Shown here: piece after piece, positions 39,692 to 50,160 of the stretch | Position numbering within the stretch: position 1 is the first letter of the stretch | How the letters are laid out: every line of letters starts with the position of its first letter | Assembly (NCBI GenBank): GCA_965205015.1 | Contig: OZ242029.1 | Location: 896,001 to 960,000, forward strand | Reading direction: 5' to 3' | Length of the DNA: 64,000 nt | DNA from: Candidatus Poribacteria bacterium | GTDB lineage: Bacteria; Poribacteria; WGA-4E; WGA-3G | Position numbers and translations under genes: made by a program | The notes under the pieces: model-generated | Databases searched by the model: none | Seen by the model: only the letters and a program-made list of their open reading frames with translations | What the model was told of the DNA's origin: nothing

Positions 39692-42600
39692 GTGAGTTCG
39701 CAAAAACGCCCCAACCAACACGAACTTTTTAAAGCAACCAACATTTACCTTGATGCTATGCGCCCCTTTATTTTCCGTAACATGAAGAGAGTACCAAGTA
39801 TAGCAGCAGAAGATCGTATTGAAGACCCAGACGATGTCGAGATCGGTGATTTTCCACATCTCTTCAGACGGTACTGGCGATATGCCTTTGCACAACACTT
39901 TGATCCTGAGTGGGATGCTCGAAGTAGAATTAGCCTAATAAAAGAGGCCCGAAATCGAGTCTCACACCCAAGGACAAAGGACCTCTCCTTGGATTATACT
40001 TTGGCGCGTCTGGAAGATATTACCGACGTATTAGGAGCAATAAATGCACCAGATCAAGAGAGCGCGGTGAGAGCCATCCGTGATAAACTGGTCAACGAAT
40101 CTTCTATTGTACCAACGAAGAAAGAGCCAAAACCTACTCTCCAAGAATCAAACAAGAAACCGCCTCGAAGAAAAATATCCGACCTTACTCCGTGGCGCGA
40201 AGTCATTAGTCCCAACAGTGATGTCATCGATGGCATCTTCCGAAAATCAGAATTCGCAGCAGATCTCCAAGAGGTCTACAACGGAACAGCCAAAACAGAG
40301 GCATACGGCGAAACAGATGTCTTCTTCAATCAGACCTATATTACACCCGGCCTCCGTGGATTGTTAGTTAACACGCTTAGACGACTCGGTGGCAAAGGTG
40401 GGGACCCGGTTATCCAAATGAAAACCGGGTTTGGCGGAGGGAAAACTCATAGTCTCATCGCCTTATACCACCTCGTAACCAGTGCAAAAACCCTGATGGA
40501 TTTACCATCCGATGGAGAGTACGGGCGGCTGCGCTCAGAGATTCATGACATCATGCAGGAGGCAGAATGGGATCCAACATCCGATCTTAATGCCAAGGTT
40601 TCTGTGCTTGACGGCCTCTACTTGTCGACTACCGAAGCAGATACTACTAAAAGCGGGGATCCACTTAATACGCTCTGGGGCAGAATGGCAGATCAACTTG
40701 GTGGGCAAGACGCATACGATATCGTCAGTGAAGCCGCCCGGCAAGGCATCTCCCCCGGTGGAAAACAACTGGACGAACTTTTTGAGCATGTCGGTCCCTC
40801 CGTCATCCTTATTGATGAATTGATCGCCTACGTGCGCAATGTGCAAAGAGTCACCCGAGATAGCATCTATACCTTTATCCAAGCACTTACGCAGTCGGTA
40901 CGCCGATGTGAACACGTCGCTCTCGTGGTTACCTTAACAGAAAGCCAGAATCAAGCAGGCGACGAAGCAGGGAACGAGGCATTCCAGACGCTTGAAGAAA
41001 TTTTTGAACGTATTGAGGATGTTTGGGAACCTCTGGAAATTCATGAAGCATTTGAAGTGGTACGTCGACGATTATTCGGGAGTGATATAGACGAAGCAGA
41101 ACGCGACCGGACTTGTGAAGCTTACAGCAAAATGTACCGAAACGCACGTCGCGAATATCCCGATGATGTTAACAATCAACGTTACCTCCAGCGGATGAAG
41201 GAGTGTTATCCGATTCACCCAGAGATATTTGACCGTTTGTACCACGATTGGTCTGCAATCCCAGCATTCCAGCGTACCCGTGGTGTGTTGCGCATAATGG
41301 CTAATTGCGTTAGCCGCCTTTACCAGAAACAGGACCCTTCTCCGTTAATAATGCCTGCAAATCTTACTTTGGATGATTCAGCACTCGCCGATGAATTTGC
41401 CAAATTACTTGGTAGACAGGGTGGACAGTGGAATCCAGTTCTGACAGAAGTAGACAGCGATGGCTCTCTCACAGACCAAATTGACATGAATTCCGGCACA
41501 TTTCTTGATGTCGGCGGTGCTGCGCGTCGAGTCGCTCGCACCATTTTCCTTGGTAGTGCAACAGGGCGTGCTGTCAAAGGTATTACAATTCGTCAAATTC
41601 ATCTCGGAGTTGTTGAACCCGGACAAGGCGTTTCCGTTTATAACGATGCCCTCAACAGAATGACTGATAAACTTCATTTTCTCTATAATCTTGACGATAG
41701 ATATTACTTCCACACCCAAGAGAACGTCAACAAAGCCGCTAACGACCGCGCACGGGAGTACACCAAAGAACATATTTATAGTGAGATTGTCTCACGGTTG
41801 GAAAGAGCCATCGGACGCGATCCGAGCGTGCAAGTCTGTCCAATCTCGCCAAGTGCCGTCAAGGACTCTGAAACGATTCAGTACGTTATCCTCCACCCAC
41901 AGGCATCCCTACCGAGCCGGGAAAAGGAAACGGATATAGCAAGCGATACAGCACGCAAAATTCTCACATACAGCGCGGACGATGAGCGGCAGCGCACCTT
42001 CAGAAATACGTTGCTCTTCATCGCAGCACGGCAAGCCGATATCCGGGAACTCAGCAATTTCGTCAAAAACTACCTCGCTTGGAATTCTATCATGAACGGA
42101 GATGTCCTACACAGCGCACTCACCGATCTCGAAGGCACGAGGTTAGATCAAACCACAGAAAACCTCGAATCCGCTGAAGATGCGGTAACAACTGCAATCT
42201 TTAAGGCATACCGCTGGACACTCGCCCCCACTCAAGCAAACCCACAAAAGAACGCCTACGACTTCTCTATCGCTGACACAAAAGTTGACGATCGCAGAAT
42301 CATCAGTCGGCTCCGCGAGAAATTCATTGAGGACGACGCAGTTATAACAAAAATAGCCCTTGAAATCTTCGCTGCACAATTGCAGCAATACATCTGGAGC
42401 AGCGATGCCTATCAAGAGCACATCGGCTTAGACACGTTCTGGGAACTCATGGCACAAAACGTCTACATGCCACGGATGAGAGACCGAAGTGTGTTAGCAG
42501 CTTGCATTAGAGAGGGTGTGCAGGCAGGCACCTTCGGATACGCCAGTGCTTATGAGGAGGACGACTACCGTAACTTCCACTTTGAGGAACAGGTCGGCGG

Positions 42601-43003
42601 GCTTCGAGTCGTTGAAGGTAGCTCGGCTGTCCTCATAAACCCCGAGATGGGAAAACTCCTCAAGGAGGAAAAGGAAAAACAGAAGAAACCGGACGCTCCC
42701 GAATCAGCACCAGACACAAAACAGCAAACGGGAGATGCGCCAACCCCAGTTGTAGTCGAACCATCACAAGCACAGGGACCTACCCATGTCGTTGTTACCA
42801 AAGCCTTGCAGTTAGAATTACCCTTCATGGACGAAATAGAAACCTTACAGGACGAAATCGCTCGCACCCTCCAAGCCGATGGCGGAAATGTGAAAATTGA
42901 AATCACCGTTACTGCCAACAAATCGGACGGCTTTTCCGAAAACACCACCCGTGCCGTCAAGCAAAACAGCGAACATCTCAACGCCGAATTCAAGAGTGAT
43001 TAG
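39692..43003 (+). CDS. DUF499 family AAA+ ATPase with N-terminal Swt1-like HEPN domain
   Basis: RNRVSH; PWREVISP, SEFAADL, FFNQTY, TGFGGGKTHSLIALYH, ILIDE, YPIHPE, FQRTRGVLR. Confidence 0.92.
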   Translation: MSSQKRPNQHELFKATNIYLDAMRPFIFRNMKRVPSIAAEDRIEDPDDVEIGDFPHLFRRYWRYAFAQHFDPEWDARSRISLIKEARNRVSHPRTKDLSLDYTLARLEDITDVLGAINAPDQESAVRAIRDKLVNESSIVPTKKEPKPTLQESNKKPPRRKISDLTPWREVISPNSDVIDGIFRKSEFAADLQEVYNGTAKTEAYGETDVFFNQTYITPGLRGLLVNTLRRLGGKGGDPVIQMKTGFGGGKTHSLIALYHLVTSAKTLMDLPSDGEYGRLRSEIHDIMQEAEWDPTSDLNAKVSVLDGLYLSTTEADTTKSGDPLNTLWGRMADQLGGQDAYDIVSEAARQGISPGGKQLDELFEHVGPSVILIDELIAYVRNVQRVTRDSIYTFIQALTQSVRRCEHVALVVTLTESQNQAGDEAGNEAFQTLEEIFERIEDVWEPLEIHEAFEVVRRRLFGSDIDEAERDRTCEAYSKMYRNARREYPDDVNNQRYLQRMKECYPIHPEIFDRLYHDWSAIPAFQRTRGVLRIMANCVSRLYQKQDPSPLIMPANLTLDDSALADEFAKLLGRQGGQWNPVLTEVDSDGSLTDQIDMNSGTFLDVGGAARRVARTIFLGSATGRAVKGITIRQIHLGVVEPGQGVSVYNDALNRMTDKLHFLYNLDDRYYFHTQENVNKAANDRAREYTKEHIYSEIVSRLERAIGRDPSVQVCPISPSAVKDSETIQYVILHPQASLPSREKETDIASDTARKILTYSADDERQRTFRNTLLFIAARQADIRELSNFVKNYLAWNSIMNGDVLHSALTDLEGTRLDQTTENLESAEDAVTTAIFKAYRWTLAPTQANPQKNAYDFSIADTKVDDRRIISRLREKFIEDDAVITKIALEIFAAQLQQYIWSSDAYQEHIGLDTFWELMAQNVYMPRMRDRSVLAACIREGVQAGTFGYASAYEEDDYRNFHFEEQVGGLRVVEGSSAVLINPEMGKLLKEEKEKQKKPDAPESAPDTKQQTGDAPTPVVVEPSQAQGPTHVVVTKALQLELPFMDEIETLQDEIARTLQADGGNVKIEITVTANKSDGFSENTTRAVKQNSEHLNAEFKSD

Positions 43004-43089
43004 CAATCTCTCAAAACAATACGATTGATACATATAAATTTTACATAAACGCGAAGCCCTCACGCAAAACTGGAGAATTTACTTAAAAA

Positions 43090-45879
43090 ATGACAACTTA
43101 CCGAAAAAAACTCATCGAGGTCAATATCCCCCTCCAAGCCATTAACATAGAGTCTGCAAAAGACCCTTCACTAACGACGGATGGACACCCTTCAACCCTC
43201 CACCGGTATTGGGCACGCCGTCCGCTTGCCGCATGCCGCTCAGTCATCTTCGCCAGTATGGTGGACGATCCCTCCGAGTGCCCCGACGAATTCCCAACCG
43301 AACCCGAACAGAACGCCGAACGCACCCGACTTCACAATATCATTAAGAGGTTTGTCGTCTGGCAAAATAGCAACGACGAAAACCTCTTGGCAGAGACACG
43401 CTATGAAATCGCATATTCTGTCGCACGGAATAATGGCGAAAACTTGACCGCCTTTCGCACGAAATTTCGGAACGATCCAGAGGGAGTTCTACAATATTTA
43501 CGCGACCACTGTCCCTCTGTCTACGATCCATTTTGTGGCGGCGGCTCCATTCCTCTTGAGGCACAACGTTTGGGATTACGCGCCCGTGGCTCAGATTTAA
43601 ATCCGTTGCCCGTGCTTCTCACCAAAGCGATGATTGAACTGCCCCCGAAATTTCACAACCAAAAACCCGTCAATCCTGATGCCGATCCAATGGGGATGTT
43701 CACCGGCACAGGTAGACGGAAGCAGCGCGCCCCGTGGAAAGGTACCGCAGGTTTGGCAGACGATATCCGCTACTACGGTGCCTGGATGCGCGAGGAGGCA
43801 TACAAACGCATTGGGCACCTCTATCCAAAAGCACAGTTGCCGGATGGCACCTCTGCCACAGTGGTAGCGTGGTTGTGGGCGCGTACCATTCCGTGTATTA
43901 ACCCCGCCTGTAGTCTCCACATGCCATTGATTAAGACTTTCCAGTTGTGTGATAAAAAAGGGAATGAGCATTGGATAAGACCACTTGTTAATCGCGAATC
44001 GAATACAATCTCATTCGTGGTTCAACCCCACAATGAGGGTGTACAAAAGAATGGCACTGTGAAAAATGGGGCCTCTTGTATTGCTTGTGGTACTGCTGTC
44101 AAATGGCCTTATATCCGGGAACAAGGTAAAGCAGGTAAGATGAAAGAAATAATGACAGCAATAGTCGTGGAGAATGGCCCTAGTAAACTGTTCTTATCTC
44201 CCACTAACGATCACATCCAAATGCCATACTCTGTTAAGCCCAATTGGAGGCCGAGAGGAAAACTGCCAAGACAAGCAATAGGGTTTAGTCCGCAACTTTA
44301 TGGATTCATAAATTGGCATCAACTTTTCACTAATCGGCAAACTAACACACTAAATACTTTTGGGGATCTGCTGACCGAAGTCCGCAGTCAGGTTAGGCGA
44401 GATGGAGCAGAGGACAGATATGCGGATGTTGTTTGTACTCACCTGGCCCTTGTTTTTGGAAGGATGGTCGAGACTAGTTGTAGCTTCGCATGGTGGCAAT
44501 ATCCAAGAGTCCGCACAATTTTTACGGATAAGAAAATTCAGATGACCTGGGCTTTTGCCGAAGTCAATCCATTTTCCACTTCAACGCAAAACTGGATGAG
44601 CCAGGTGGAATTCGTTGCAGAGGTAATTGAGAACTTACCGGTTTTTGCTAATGAGGGTATGGTATATCAAGCAGACGCCTCCACCACAAAGCATACTACC
44701 GACGGACCAATTATCATTACTGATCCACCTTATTACAAGAATGTTGGATATGCAGACCTCTCAGACTTTTTCTACGTCTGGTTGAGGCCCTTGCTACGTG
44801 ATACCTATCCAGAGTTATTTGGGGGCATGATGACTCCAAAGGACGAAGAGATAACAGCGAGTCCTCGATTTGAAGATCCCATGCGACACTTTGAAGTATC
44901 GTTGAGTAAGGCGCTGCTACGACTGCGACAACACTGTTCCAAAAAATTTCCTTCCTCTATTTTCTACGCATACAAGCAGCAAGAAAAGGAAAGCGATGGT
45001 ATAACCTCCACTGGCTGGGACACAATGCTCACAGCTATTGTGTCCGCTGGTTTTCAGATAGTTGCTACTTGGCCCATGCGCACAGAACAAGCCAAAGGAC
45101 AGAAAACAGGCAAAAACGCACTTACATCTTCTATTGTTCTTGTTTGCCGTCCCCGTTTTGAAGATGCGCCTGCCATAACCCGTACCGAATTCCTACAAGA
45201 ACTGAAAAAAGAAATGCCACCCGCGCTTGATAAACTCACGCGCATCGCGAACATCAGACCTGTTGATCTCGCACAAGCCGCCATCGGACCAGGGATGGAG
45301 GTCTACTCCCGCTACAGCAAAGTGACACGAATCAGCGGTGAGATTGTGCCGATACGCGAGGTTCTCAAGGAAATTAATAGGGAAATCACTGCTTACCATG
45401 AAAAGGAGTCCGGTGAACTAGATTCCGAGAGTCAATTCTGCTTGACATGGTTGAAGCAACACGGCTACATGGAAGGTAGTTTCGGCGACGCTTCGGTATT
45501 GGCAACGGCACAGGATGTAGACATCGACACTATGCACAACAAGGTATTGCTCAGAGACCGTGGCAAGGTTCGGCTACTAAGAGGCGAAGAATACGCTGAA
45601 CGTGAAAATAGTGAAGAGATGACAGCCTGGGAGGGGTGTTTGCGGATGGTGTGGCATCTATCGGGTGTAGAAAGAAGTGGGGGCATTTCGGGATGCACCA
45701 CCGTTGCCCGTTCCATGCGCGATTACGAATCTGCAAAGCGTTTAGCAGGGATATTGTATACTTACTACGAACGCCGTGGCGATGCAGAAAGCGCGGCACA
45801 CTATAACAACCTCGTAACCCAGTGGCAGTACATCTCGCAATCCATGGGATCACCAGAACAGTTGACAGCCGATATTTGA
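43090..45879 (+). CDS. DUF1156 family adenine-specific DNA methyltransferase
   Basis: KKLIEV.IPL, LHRYWARRPLAACR, DPFCGGGSIPLEA, CINPAC/CIAC, TDPPYY, SDFFYVW. Confidence 0.92.
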   Translation: MTTYRKKLIEVNIPLQAINIESAKDPSLTTDGHPSTLHRYWARRPLAACRSVIFASMVDDPSECPDEFPTEPEQNAERTRLHNIIKRFVVWQNSNDENLLAETRYEIAYSVARNNGENLTAFRTKFRNDPEGVLQYLRDHCPSVYDPFCGGGSIPLEAQRLGLRARGSDLNPLPVLLTKAMIELPPKFHNQKPVNPDADPMGMFTGTGRRKQRAPWKGTAGLADDIRYYGAWMREEAYKRIGHLYPKAQLPDGTSATVVAWLWARTIPCINPACSLHMPLIKTFQLCDKKGNEHWIRPLVNRESNTISFVVQPHNEGVQKNGTVKNGASCIACGTAVKWPYIREQGKAGKMKEIMTAIVVENGPSKLFLSPTNDHIQMPYSVKPNWRPRGKLPRQAIGFSPQLYGFINWHQLFTNRQTNTLNTFGDLLTEVRSQVRRDGAEDRYADVVCTHLALVFGRMVETSCSFAWWQYPRVRTIFTDKKIQMTWAFAEVNPFSTSTQNWMSQVEFVAEVIENLPVFANEGMVYQADASTTKHTTDGPIIITDPPYYKNVGYADLSDFFYVWLRPLLRDTYPELFGGMMTPKDEEITASPRFEDPMRHFEVSLSKALLRLRQHCSKKFPSSIFYAYKQQEKESDGITSTGWDTMLTAIVSAGFQIVATWPMRTEQAKGQKTGKNALTSSIVLVCRPRFEDAPAITRTEFLQELKKEMPPALDKLTRIANIRPVDLAQAAIGPGMEVYSRYSKVTRISGEIVPIREVLKEINREITAYHEKESGELDSESQFCLTWLKQHGYMEGSFGDASVLATAQDVDIDTMHNKVLLRDRGKVRLLRGEEYAERENSEEMTAWEGCLRMVWHLSGVERSGGISGCTTVARSMRDYESAKRLAGILYTYYERRGDAESAAHYNNLVTQWQYISQSMGSPEQLTADI

Positions 45880-46120
45880 CAGTAACGCAAGATGCCATCT
45901 TTGTAGCATAGGAAACCGTTGGTCTCCTGTGTCTTGTAGCATCATCTATTAGATTAGGTTTCCCGTGCGTGCGCAAACTAAAAGTTTACGCTACAAAACC
46001 CCGTGGATACTCAACTACTTTCAATGAAAAAGGGCCTCCTCAGGTTTCCCAAAATCTTGTCCGTAACAACTTGGACTTATCAAGTAGTGTTTTATTCGGT
46101 TTCAAATTGAAGGTAAGTCT

Positions 46121-46183
46121 GGTTTGTAGTAGCGCAATTCATTGCGCTATGTTGACGTGCGATGAATCGCACGACTACAAACC
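46121..46183. repeat. REP doublet (long hairpin)
   Basis: GGTTTGTAGT-AGCGCAAT-TC-ATTGCGCT...GTGCGAT-GA-ATCGCAC-GACTACAAACC; related arm GTAGTAGGGCAATTCATTGCCC near 37542. Confidence 0.75.
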
Positions 46184-46230
46184 TACCCTAAAATCCTGTA
46201 AATCCTGATCCAGGCAATAGGAAATATCTC

Positions 46231-46608
46231 ATGCATGACAGAGTCACCCCTTACGTCCTACAATATCAACTCAAGCGTAACTTGCGTCCCTTTACGCGCG
46301 AGGAGATCCTACAATTGCCAACTCGACGCAGCGGCGTATACGTGTTATGGCGGAAAACCGGCACCGAGGGACGAAACGAGTGCCTCTACGTCGGAGAATC
46401 CAGAACCTGTGTGCGGAGGCGGTTGTTACAACATCATTCAAACGCACAGAATGATGGGCTCCATTCACAACTCCGAATGTTCAGGTCAATCGTCCAATTT
46501 TCAGTAGAATTCACAGAGGACGCCGAGGAGACGGTGTTTTTAGAAACCGAACTCATCCGTGAATGGAAACCGAAAACTAATCTGAAAATGAACCCCGACA
46601 AATCTTAA
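46231..46608 (+). CDS. stand-alone GIY-YIG nuclease
   Basis: LP..SGVYVL...LYVGES...RRRLLQH...LETELI...PKTN. Confidence 0.85.
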   Translation: MHDRVTPYVLQYQLKRNLRPFTREEILQLPTRRSGVYVLWRKTGTEGRNECLYVGESRTCVRRRLLQHHSNAQNDGLHSQLRMFRSIVQFSVEFTEDAEETVFLETELIREWKPKTNLKMNPDKS

Positions 46609-46940
46609 CACGTCCCTTCCCAATTGTCCCATTGCCACCTCAAAGAATCTTTGCTTGTGAGAGTTTTTGAAGAGTTCACACGCGATTCTTCTTAACCTCA
46701 ATCCGATAAGCAATGTTGGGTGAGGTTCCCGTGTTCCCCTTTCCTCTACCAGTGCAGTTTTCCAATCCTGCCTTTTCTTTTTACTGTATATGTATTGTAT
46801 CTACAGTATTATATCTTTTCCCAATCACCATCCAACACTTGTAAGAGCAATTCCCAAAGGCATTATATGTCTATTAGTTAGACAACGGACATAAGCCGAA
46901 AAATAAAACGTAAGCGGACCGACTAAAAACCGATATTCCC

Positions 46941-46969
46941 TTGACTCCCCGTCTGATGCATGATATACT
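46941..46969 (+). promoter_or_regulatory. sigma70 promoter
   Basis: TTGACT-17 bp-TATACT with extended TG. Confidence 0.6.
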
Positions 46970-47030
46970 TAAAATATGTTATGTTTACAAAAAGAATCAA
47001 GCTAACGTTATCAGCCTATGGAGAATCGTA

Positions 47031-47834
47031 ATGCAAGCACTTGAAAATCGTAATGTTTCCGAACCACGAGTATTAACCCCCTGGGAGCGGGATATCTCAG
47101 ACGCGCTGAGGCGTAAAGAAACCGAAAAATACCCCCTGAGCCAGTGGTATCTCGGCGCGCTCTATGCGTTGGATAACCCTTACAATCCAGATCGTATCGC
47201 TCAGGCAGCCCATTCCCTACGCGAACTTATCGAAAAACTCCCGCGAGTTGTTCATGGAAGCGATGTTCAAACAGACACGACCGACTTCAAAGGAATGCGA
47301 CGTAGTATAAACAATCGTATTTTAAAAGACAAAGAACGTTACTCTGAAGGCTGGAAAAACAAAAAGATCGACGCGCGTTTGGGCAAAATACTCAGGAAAA
47401 TTGAGAACTATTTTGAGCGTAACCAGCTGCCAACTCGTGACGAACAAATGCAGCAAGCAGTAGCAACTGTTGACCCGATGGTTAACTCCTTGGATAGTGA
47501 GATTCGAGAAAGGAAGCGAAAGCAGTTACACCGTTTATGGAAAAGATCTGAGATTTTGAATGTCTGTGAGAGTGAGATAAAAGGTAGGCGGACTCGACTA
47601 GGAACACTTTGCGATATGCTTCCAGACCATGCACCAAAGGTGATTAAATGCTTCGCTAAAATAGCTGCCAATACCATCTACGTTCGGACAGAAGAAGTAA
47701 AAGCCATCCTGAAAGCAGGACGTGAAAGTATGGACGAAAGTGTCCGAAATGATTTGGAACACCTCAAACAGTTGTTAGTCACAGTCCCCGATATGCAAAG
47801 CCTTGAAACCTTCGCACAAATGCTGCACGAATAG
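47031..47834 (+). pseudogene. probable chimeric relic: HEPN-like N-terminus joined to the C-terminal tail of the Rpn-like family
   Basis: YLGAL..L..P.NPDRIAQAAHSLRELIEK N-terminus; the last ~30 nt are nearly identical to the end of 48765-49400 (ETFAQMLHE*). Confidence 0.5.
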
Positions 47835-47857
47835 CAACACGCTGTAGGTGAAAAGGC

Positions 47858-48148
47858 ATGTCCACCCTACGAAAAAAAGAGGAAACTGAGATGGAGCTAA
47901 CCATTAAACTGACAACCGAACAAATTATTGATTTTATTCAACAACTACCAGGGGAAGAGAAGTTAACTGTGGTCCGCGCCCTTGCAAAAGAATCTCTGCC
48001 TCGCCGCACGGAACGGATGAAGTATCTTGAATCAAAGGTTCGAGAGGTATGCACCGAACGCGGGTTGGATTGGGATACTCTGACAGACGAAGAACGCCAA
48101 GATTTCATCAATGACGTTGTCCATGAGGACCGTGAATGCGGCCGATAG
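47858..48148 (+). CDS. putative antitoxin-like small protein
   Basis: LTTEQIIDFIQQLP.EEK...RGLDWDTLTDEER; overlaps a PIN-like stub. Confidence 0.55.
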   Translation: MSTLRKKEETEMELTIKLTTEQIIDFIQQLPGEEKLTVVRALAKESLPRRTERMKYLESKVREVCTERGLDWDTLTDEERQDFINDVVHEDRECGR

Positions 48149-48210
48149 TTGTTTACGATACAAAAACAACTTTTGTTATAGCATCATCTGTGAGAATGTG
48201 GTATAATTGA
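48136..48210 (+). pseudogene. truncated PIN-toxin stub
   Basis: MRPIVVYDT matches the PIN first strand (VVxDTN), then the frame stops after 24 codons. Confidence 0.45.
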
Positions 48211-48291
48211 ATTATCCATTTTTGGGTGACACCGCGAAGCATGTCGGCACGTCCTGCCACCTGCTAAATCAAACTGGCACAGGAGCGTCTT

Positions 48292-48699
48292 ATGAAAACC
48301 GTGCTTGTTCTCTCAATACTTTTATGCACAATCGCGTCGCCTTTACGCGCCGAAACCTCTACGAGTACTATCGAAACCGATATTGCCGTGATGAAAACAG
48401 ATATCCAGAATCTAAACGGAAAAATTGAGAGCCTCGAAAAAAACTTCGATAAACGTTTCGAGAGCCTCGAAAAAAACTTTAACACACGCTTCGAGAGCCT
48501 CGAAAAAAACTTTGACAGACTCAACAACATCATCATTGCCTGCATCGGTATCCCTTTGGCGATTATAGCGATAGGTGCAACCGTATGGGGCATCTTAGCA
48601 CACAGGCGAAGCAGGAAAGAGCAAACACTCGAAAAGCAGATTGAAACCCTCACACAGGAAATCGAAACCCTCAAGCAACGGCAGATTGTCAGTCCCTAA
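48292..48699 (+). CDS. signal peptide + coiled-coil + TM membrane protein with 3 x 11-aa repeats
   Basis: (I/F)ESLEKNFxxR x3 encoded by 33-bp tandem repeats at ~48424-48522. Confidence 0.75.
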   Translation: MKTVLVLSILLCTIASPLRAETSTSTIETDIAVMKTDIQNLNGKIESLEKNFDKRFESLEKNFNTRFESLEKNFDRLNNIIIACIGIPLAIIAIGATVWGILAHRRSRKEQTLEKQIETLTQEIETLKQRQIVSP

Positions 48700-48764
48700 C
48701 GCCGTCCCTTTCTCCCTCCGCAAGCGAGCGAATAGAGAGATTCCGCGACAGCACACGCACACCG

Positions 48765-49400
48765 ATGTGGGCACGGAACGCCCAATATCAAGGATACCTC
48801 GTCGGTGAATACCAAATGCCGGTTTACTCACATGTCATCTACTTTCACCCGAACGCAGGCAGGAATGACCCAGGCGGATACACCTATAGTTGGAACAACT
48901 ACGAACACATCAATCGCTATAAGGTCATACGGCTCATTGAAATAGAAGGACAGGCGATTTTAGAGATGCAGGCACCCGGACTCCTGCCCTTCACGCCGCT
49001 CATGAAACCGCCCACAGACATGGACTCAGAGCAGTGGGTGCAAGCGTGTATTGATGCGACGCGTGCAACGCCTGTCGATCAGCAAACACAAGCGGATTTA
49101 CTCCACGGGATCTCCGTCTTTGGCGGAATAGTCTATAACGCCGAGTTGCTTGAGCGACTCATACCGGAGGAACTTATGCAAGAATCTAAAACTTACCAAC
49201 GCCAACTCGAAAGAATGCGTAGAGAGGCTACCATTGAGAATACTCTCGAATTGCTGGTAGATCAATTCCACCCAGAGGCGGTGCGTGCCTTAACGCCTAT
49301 ACTCCAAAACATTGAGGATTTGCAACGGCTGAAGGAACTCCATCTCGCAGCAGCTCGGGTGCCGAACATCGAAACCTTCGCACAAATGCTGCATGAATAG
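48765..49400 (+). pseudogene. N-terminally truncated Rpn/PD-(D/E)XK putative-transposase-like protein
   Basis: PVYSHVIYF, YKVIRL, GLLPFTPLM, MQESKTYQ, IEDLQRLKELH; the N-terminal nuclease core is absent. Confidence 0.65.
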
Positions 49401-49415
49401 CAGCACAGGATAGCG

Positions 49416-50153
49416 GTGGGAACAGGGACCGCCCCTATTAACACCATAATGATATCGGAGAACATCATGTTTGAACAAATGGAGATATTGGACAAAAACT
49501 TGCAAAAGGGAGTGGATCGGTGGTTTGAAAAAGACCTTCAACAACGGGGCAGGACGCAGGAAGAGATGCAGCAGATGACTCTCAACCGTCCGACAGAGCG
49601 GGAACCCGATTTTTTTATGATGATTATTGAAAGCTGTTTAAATCAAGGCTTTGACAAGTTGCTTGAGCGAACCTGTAAAGATCTCATTCAAAAATGGAAC
49701 CACGAAGGCGGGAAAAAAGACTTTGCTATTGGCGTTATCCTTGAAACGTTCAAAGGTCGAGGGCAACTTGATGACGATCACGTCCTAAAAACATATCTCC
49801 AAAATGTTGACGACTGGCAGGTCATTAAAAAGTTGATGTTACTTGCCGCCTTCATGGCGGATTGGATATTTACCTCATACACCGCACTCATTGAACGGGT
49901 TCTCAACAGTAAGGAACACACCAGAGAAGGCATCACCGGGGATATCCGCGCAGCAATCTACTTACAATTCGGTACTGATGCAGTAAAAAAGGTAGCCCCA
50001 GCCCTCGAAAGCATAGAGGATTTACAAGAACTTAAAGGGGTGTTCATCGCCGCCGCCAGAGCACCCAACCTTTTAACCTTCAGGCAAGCACATCCCGCCT
50101 TGCAAAACACTGAAAAAGTAGAAAAGTCTTCGCCTGCACAGCAGTCAGAATAG
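49416..50153 (+). CDS. hypothetical protein with two copies of an Rpn-like C-terminal helical module
   Basis: LQNVDDWQVIKKL and LESIEDLQELKGVFIAAARAPNL resemble the tail of 48765-49400; start uncertain. Confidence 0.5.
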   Translation: MGTGTAPINTIMISENIMFEQMEILDKNLQKGVDRWFEKDLQQRGRTQEEMQQMTLNRPTEREPDFFMMIIESCLNQGFDKLLERTCKDLIQKWNHEGGKKDFAIGVILETFKGRGQLDDDHVLKTYLQNVDDWQVIKKLMLLAAFMADWIFTSYTALIERVLNSKEHTREGITGDIRAAIYLQFGTDAVKKVAPALESIEDLQELKGVFIAAARAPNLLTFRQAHPALQNTEKVEKSSPAQQSE

Positions 50154-50160
50154 CGTAAAT

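Noticed and set aside
48424-48522. 33-bp periodic repeat as a CRISPR array
   Set aside because: In-frame coding repeat without unique spacers or cas genes. No CRISPR array was seen anywhere in the window.
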